Source: Octopus vulgaris (Eukaryota). From it: a DNA stretch of 64,000 nucleotides. The notes beneath the pieces are model-generated. The model did not search any database. It saw only the letters and a list, made by a program, of their open reading frames with translations, and was not told where the DNA came from. Position numbers and translations under genes: made by a program. Below, one piece after another: positions 57,388-64,000 of the stretch. The stretch covers positions 82,646,001-82,710,000 of the forward strand of contig OX597824.1 of assembly GCA_951406725.2 (NCBI GenBank), given 5' to 3'. Within the stretch, counting starts at the first letter, position 1. Every line of letters begins with the position of its first letter.

Positions 57388-57481
57388 TCAAGTCTTTTGT
57401 TTGAAGAAAGCATCTTCCCTTCCTCTCACGAATATCTGCAACCCGGCAAAGGGGTCATAGATTGTTTCTTTCCTCCACTGG
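57388..57481 (-). CDS. Candidate terminal coding exon of a minus-strand host gene
   Basis: Acceptor ttttttttttccaattatttgtgttAG|; open frames SGGKKQSMTPLPGCRYS* (stop 57426) or QWRKETIYDPFAGLQIFVRGREDAFFKQKT* (stop 57388); followed by ~5.5 kb of AT-rich UTR-like DNA. Confidence 0.45.
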
Positions 57482-57947
57482 CTAACACAAATAATTGGAA
57501 AAAAAAAACCCCAAAAATATGAGAGATACTTATAATAAAAGTCAAGACACTCATATCAACACAGCAAGCAAGGAATGTCTTCACCTAAGTTTACCAATTG
57601 TCATGATGCCATCATTTAAAGACGGAAATATGTATTTTTACTTGGAATCAAGATATGGTGACATAATAAGAATGAAAAATATTTAAAAAAAAAAAAATAG
57701 AAAAAAAATAGAAAAATTCCAAAATCTGGAGGAAAAGAAAGTATGTCACATGGAAAGACAATAAAAGGTGTACTGGGGTTGTTTAGGTCAAACACATGAC
57801 TTTAATAACTCGTTACATTATAGTACAAGAGGTACTATATGGCAAAGTAGGTACTATATAGTAAAGCAGGTACTATAAAGTACAAAATATACTTAGAGGT
57901 AGGAGACAAGGATTTGGTTATACTTCACATATGGATTACACAAATGG

Positions 57948-58006
<59 letters not shown>

Positions 58007-58267
58007 GGTTATTATGATTATTATTATTGTTGTTGTGGTTGTTAGTGTTGTTCAGGTTTTGATGTAGATAGATAGGTGTCTCACACATAACAGTCAATAA
58101 CACAGTAACTCACAAATACATAATAAACTACCTTGGATAAATGCAGGATATTACGGGCAGTAAAGGCGCGTGGAGATATATACACACACACATACACACA
58201 TATATATATATACAGACACATATATATATACACAAACACATATATAGACATACATATACTAATATAT

Positions 58268-58499
58268 ATTTCTTTACTACACATAAGGGGCTAAACACAG
58301 AGGGGGCAAACAAGGACAGACAAAGGGATTAAGTCGATTACATCGACACCGGTGCGAAACCGGTACTTTATTTATCGACCCCGAAAGGATGAAAGGAGAA
58401 GTTGACCTCAGCGGAATTTGAACTCAGAATGTAACAACAGACGAAATACCGTTAAGCATTTCACCCGGTGCGCTAACATTTCTGCCAGCTCGCCACCTT
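58268..58499 (-). mobile_element. SINE family B, partly CpG-eroded
   Basis: Aligns to 5403-5635. Confidence 0.88.
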
Positions 58500-58597
58500 C
58501 ATATATATACTAATATACAATAGACAAACATTTAGTAATATGCAATAGACATACATATTCTAATATATATAATGTACATATATATGTGCATATATAC

Positions 58598-58660
<63 letters not shown>

Positions 58661-58905
58661 TATATAAATGTTTCTTTTGATATGAAGTTAGTTATAAAAA
58701 GAATTTAACATAAAACTGCAGGATTAATCAATATGTTTTAATGAAGCACACATTTAAGTTCTACCATGAAAAGTTCGACAGTGACTTCAAAGTTTCAGTT
58801 TATTTGCCCTCATCAGTCTGAGAAAGGCAAGCAAGCTGAATTTTCAAAGTCTGTTAACCTAGTCCTATGTATATTCACATATGTAATGCATGTGTGTGTA
58901 CATAG

Positions 58906-58970
<65 letters not shown>

Positions 58971-59057
58971 CATCATCCATTCTGTGTCTGTTGACAAACT
59001 GATGACAATAAATTCTGAAAAATTAATTAGAGGTATTTTTCATTATTCGTTTAATCT

Positions 59058-59469
59058 TTAACTTGTTTCAGTCATTTTACTGAAGCCATGCTGGAGCACT
59101 GACTTTAGTCGAGCAAATTAACTCCAGAACATGTTCTGTGTAAACTTTGTGCTTGTTTCTTTTTGCCAAACTGTTAAGTTAAGGGGGATGTAAATATACC
59201 AGCATCAGTTGTCAAGCGATGTTGTGGGACAAACACAGACACACAAACACACACACACACGCACGCGCATGCACACACACACACACACACACAAACATAT
59301 ATATACAATGGGCCACTTTCGGTTTCCATCTACCAAATCCACTCACAGGGCTTTGGTTGGACTGAGGATATAGGAGAAGACACTTACCCAAGGGGCCACA
59401 CAATGGGACTGAACCTGGAACCATGTGGTTGGTAAGCAAGCTACTTGCCACACAGCCACTCCTGTGCCT
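59058..59469 (-). mobile_element. SINE family A, strongly CpG-eroded
   Basis: Aligns to 3890-4278 with CG>TG/CA changes. Confidence 0.88.
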
Positions 59470-59619
59470 ATAAGTGATATATTGGAGAGGGTGCTTATTT
59501 TTCACACCTTTCTTTCATATATATACACATATATCTTTGGAAGGTGGGAGAGTATTTTTGGCCAATGTCTTCTTATCCCCACCACTAGAGGGCACAAAAG
59601 GATGAGCAATACACCTTAC

Positions 59620-59633
59620 TCAGCATCACAAAG
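59620..59633 (-). other. Candidate 14-nt microexon
   Basis: caatttctttacAG|ctttgtgatgctga|GTaagg. Confidence 0.35.
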
Positions 59634-59796
59634 CTGTAAAGAAATTGTGTATGTGGCGGGGGTAGTTAAGGGGAATAGTGAGAGTAATTAGCAAGCTGTG
59701 AGAGAACAATGCAGCAGGTGCTCAGTGCAAAGAAGAAGGCTGTCACTAATCATTATAATTATAATTATAATTATAATAATAATAATAATAATAATA

Positions 59797-59832
<36 letters not shown>

Positions 59833-59849
59833 ATCATGATAATGACAAT

Positions 59850-60543
59850 AAGGATTTCAAATTTTGGCACAAGTCCAGAATTTTTGGGGGAGGGGAGTAA
59901 GCCAATTACTTCGACCCCAGGGATTAGCTGGTACTTATTTTATCAACCCTGAAAGGGTAAAAGCCAAAGTCAACCTCAACAGAATTTGAACTCAGAATAT
60001 AAAGTCAGATGAAATGCCACTAAGCATTTTGCCTGGTGTGCTGACAATTCTGTCAGCAATAATAATAACAATGATGATAATATTAATAATAATAATAATA
60101 ATAATAGTTTCAGATTTTGCCACATGTGCACCAATTTTGGGTCAGGGGATGAGTCGATTAGATCGACCCCCAGTATTCAACTGGTACTTATTCTATCGAC
60201 ACGAAAAGGAAGAAAGGTAAAGTCAATCTCGGCAGAATTTGAACTCAGAACGTAATGACAGACGAAATACCGCTAAACACTTTGCCTGGCATGCTAACGA
60301 TGCTGCCAGCTCACCACAATCCTTTCTACTATAAGCACAAGGTTTGAAATTTGGGGAGAAGGGGCCAGTTGATTACATCGACCCCAGTGTTTCACAGGTA
60401 CTTATTTTATCAACCCCGTCCCCGCCCCGCCAAAAGGATGAAAGGTAAAGTCAACCTTGGCGGAATTTGAACTCAGAACGTAGCGATGGGCATAAAACAC
60501 TGCTAAGCATATCATCTCATTCTGATTCTGCCAGCTTACTGCC

Positions 60544-60546
<3 letters not shown>
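59850..60546 (-). mobile_element. Three tandem SINE B copies among (TAA)n tracts, CpG-eroded
   Basis: gaatttgaactcagaa core three times. Confidence 0.85.
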
Positions 60547-60605
<59 letters not shown>

Positions 60606-60612
60606 GATAATG

Positions 60613-60665
<53 letters not shown>

Positions 60666-60681
60666 GATAATGATAATATCG

Positions 60682-60719
<38 letters not shown>

Positions 60720-60759
60720 GATAATGATAATAATAATGATGATAATAATAATAATAATG

Positions 60760-60790
<31 letters not shown>

Positions 60791-61019
60791 TGATAATAAT
60801 AATAATAATAATAATAATGGTGATTTATGATTTAGGTGAGGGGATAACAATTTTTAAGGGGAGAGGTAAATTGATTATATCGTTACCACAACTCAACTGG
60901 TACTTTAGTTTTATCAACCCTTGGAGCGATGACATGTGAAGTCGATCTCAGAGGGATTAGGAACCAGGAAAAATGCTGCTAGGCCTTTTTTTGTCCAACA
61001 CTAACAATTCTACCACTCC

Positions 61020-61093
<74 letters not shown>

Positions 61094-61338
61094 TAATAAC
61101 AATAATGGGTTCTAACATTTGTAGGAGGCTTCTAATTTTTGTTTTTTTTTTCCTTTCTTTTTTTTTTGTTTCTTTTAGTAAGAGGAGAGAGAGAACATTT
61201 AATAAAAAATCAACCCCGAATATATGACTGGTACAAAGATACACATGTGACAGACAAAATATGGCAAGGTTGAGGAGAAAGCTCATTTTTGCTTTTTTTT
61301 TTTTCAAGTAGTAATTAATTTTTTTTTTTTTCCTTATA

Positions 61339-61370
<32 letters not shown>

Positions 61371-61638
61371 GGGGGATGTATTTCATTTCCATTTTGGGAA
61401 TAAATTCAATAAAGAGACAGCAAAAAAGAAAGCCATATTGGTTCATTCTGTACAGAAATTAATTACATATTGCTATTGTTAAATGTTATTGTTCTTGCTA
61501 TTATCGTTACCATTGATTTTCTCGCTTTATTTATTTTATTTAAGCTGGTCATTCGTTTCAGTTTTTTTGAGCAGGGTGTGACAGTGCAATTTTGTGCCTT
61601 TAGACTTTGAAAGGTTTAACAGACATGCATGTATGTAT

Positions 61639-61728
<90 letters not shown>

Positions 61729-61909
61729 TATATACATACGCACACACATATATATATATATGTATATATAGATATATATATGCACATACATATATACACA
61801 TACGTGCACACACGTTTACATATATATCCATGTGTGTTTCAATGAATATATTCAAATATGGATGAATGTATTTACATGTATATACACATACAAAGGTGTA
61901 TACACTCAA

Positions 61910-62017
<108 letters not shown>

Positions 62018-62173
62018 TATACACAGAGAGAGAAGCAAATAGATGGTTAGAGGTATACGCTGATGTGACATGCGATTAAGCAGGAGAAAAGGTTCTCAAT
62101 ACTATTAGCTATTGTTAAATGGCATTTACTTACATACATACATACATGCATACACACACACACATATATATAC

Positions 62174-62222
<49 letters not shown>

Positions 62223-62529
62223 TAATAGTTTAAGGGGACAACAGACATTAAGGGAAGGCAAGCATCTCAAGTCATATACATTATTATTAATATTGGAAAA
62301 AAATTGAAAAAATTTGGTAAAAATAATAATAATGTATATGACTTGAGATATTTGCCTTGCCTTAACGTTTGTTGTCCTGTTTAACATCTATATATCTGCT
62401 GCATCGGAAATCTGCAATGGCTCCATAACTACTGTCTCGGTTACAACCTTGGAGCCTTTGTAATCCGTTACAGCACTTACCTAGCGTACCTAATCATTTA
62501 GATCACCTGTGAACTAAACCCCCATACTT

Positions 62530-62581
<52 letters not shown>

Positions 62582-62911
62582 TGCATTTATGAGTACAGGA
62601 TGTCACCAATGGTGAAAAGAACATGAAATACGTAAACAAACGAGAGAAAAACAAGTAAAATATGGAAAGCAGGACAAGTAAACACAGAGAAAAGACCCTT
62701 CAGCAGTTGCCGACTGTCAATCTATTCCTTATTTCGAGCATTCAACAACAATATGAGTCTTCAAAGACCGTTGCTCCCATAAATTCTAAAATGAAATTTA
62801 GGACTTATGGAGGGTCAAATTTGAGAACAAAACGATGAAAAAAATATGCATATATATATATATATATTTGAGTAGTTGAATGAATTTTGATGTCGACATA
62901 AGTTCCTTGCC

Positions 62912-62992
62912 TTTCCTGATGAGAAATCTGCATAATGTACTCCTTATTCCTTCGGAATTAGGAATATGCAGCCTTCGAAACATATGTCGAAA
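62912..62992 (+). ncRNA. Type I hammerhead ribozyme, complete consensus
   Basis: tttc-CTGATGA-gaa..ctgcata...tatgcag..ttc-GAAAC-atat-GTC-gaaa: stem I tttc/gaaa, long stem II, palindromic stem III ACATATGT, GUC triplet; TA tracts on both sides. Confidence 0.8.
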
Positions 62993-63039
62993 ATAAAGGA
63001 AATTTGTTAACAAGTCGCTCAACTCCATTCTTTCATAAA

Positions 63040-63081
<42 letters not shown>

Positions 63082-63199
63082 CACACAGAAGGGGAGAGAG
63101 AGTGATAAACCATGTGAGTAGCAACAAAAGAAGTAGACCTCTGTATCTTTGGAAATAGAGGACAAAAAGTATGAAGTGGCACAAGCATTGACCACTTAC

Positions 63200-63243
63200 A
63201 TTTAGAACTCTGAGTTTCTAGGCAGGGAGTACTGGATACATCT
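63200..63243 (-). CDS. Candidate 44-nt internal exon
   Basis: gagtttcttgacAG|agatgtatcc...tctaaat|GTaagt; single open frame DVSSTPCLETQSSK. Confidence 0.4.
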
Positions 63244-63882
63244 CTGTCAAGAAACTCACAATAAAAGTACTCCAAGACTGCATTATTTAACATTATATAT
63301 ATATATTTACACAAATATATATATATATATATATACACACATACAGGAAATAATATTGGGGTTATAAGTGCAGGGGACATGGCAACCACCAAGAGAAATC
63401 AGGGTATAAGGGTGGATTTATATTAATGGAACCACTGTCTGCATAATAGTTACACAATCCAAAACATTACACAGGAAGCAATATCACCATGGTCAAATGA
63501 TTTACTAGAAACAGCAGTCAAAAATCCCTCACATTAGATACTACAATATTGAAAAAAAAAAGGAAGGATTCATTAGGCAATGCCAATTCTAGATACAGTA
63601 TGTATGAATGAAAAAGGGTGGATAGTCATGGCTGGAACAGTAGTCGCTGGTTAAATAGCAGTGATTGCCTTAATGTTTGTGGTTTTTTATATGAGTGTGT
63701 GTGTGTGTGTGTGTTTGTGAATTTATTATTATTATTGTTGTTCTTGTTCTTCTTGTTATTATTATATATCTCCGGTGGAGAGAGAGGAAAGTGGGGAGAA
63801 GGGGCTCGAGATATAACCCTTTATTTTTGAGAAAATAAGAAGATTCATGGGGTCAATTTCCTTTTAAAAAATTGTGCTCATT

Positions 63883-63932
<50 letters not shown>

Positions 63933-64000
63933 TAAGAGAGAGAAATAAAAATATTATGTACATATACATATATGTACAGTTATATGTATGGACTATGTAT

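Noticed and set aside
57820-57890. ~19-bp degenerate repeat (ggtactata...)
   Set aside because: Only 3-4 diverged copies; an ordinary minisatellite

Overview
Eukaryotic, AT-rich, microsatellite-saturated DNA. The repeat complement ((TA)n/(GATA)n/(TATG)n/(TTA)n tracts, several tRNA-derived SINE families, RTE tails) resembles a cephalopod (Octopus-like) genome; this is inference from pattern recall. Almost all listed ORFs are microsatellite artefacts. Supportable content: three or more SINE families built from interchangeable head and tail modules; RTE-clade LINE 3' ends, including a 6 x 303-bp chimeric tandem array (45.1-47.4 kb); an internally deleted Tc1/mariner element with intact TIRs whose DNA-binding region is amplified in frame 5 x 43 aa (50.8-51.9 kb); Penelope-like fragments sitting in TA tracts, several with type I hammerhead ribozyme motifs and two forming long palindromes; two non-autonomous Helitrons; hAT and pogo MITEs; a decayed HERO-like retrotransposon; and R4/Dong-like pieces in (TTA)n. 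The right ~12 kb looks like the 3' end of a minus-strand host gene: CpG-eroded SINEs, candidate small exons, a long AT-rich 3' UTR and a canonical poly(A) site. No bacterial-type system or CRISPR array is present.
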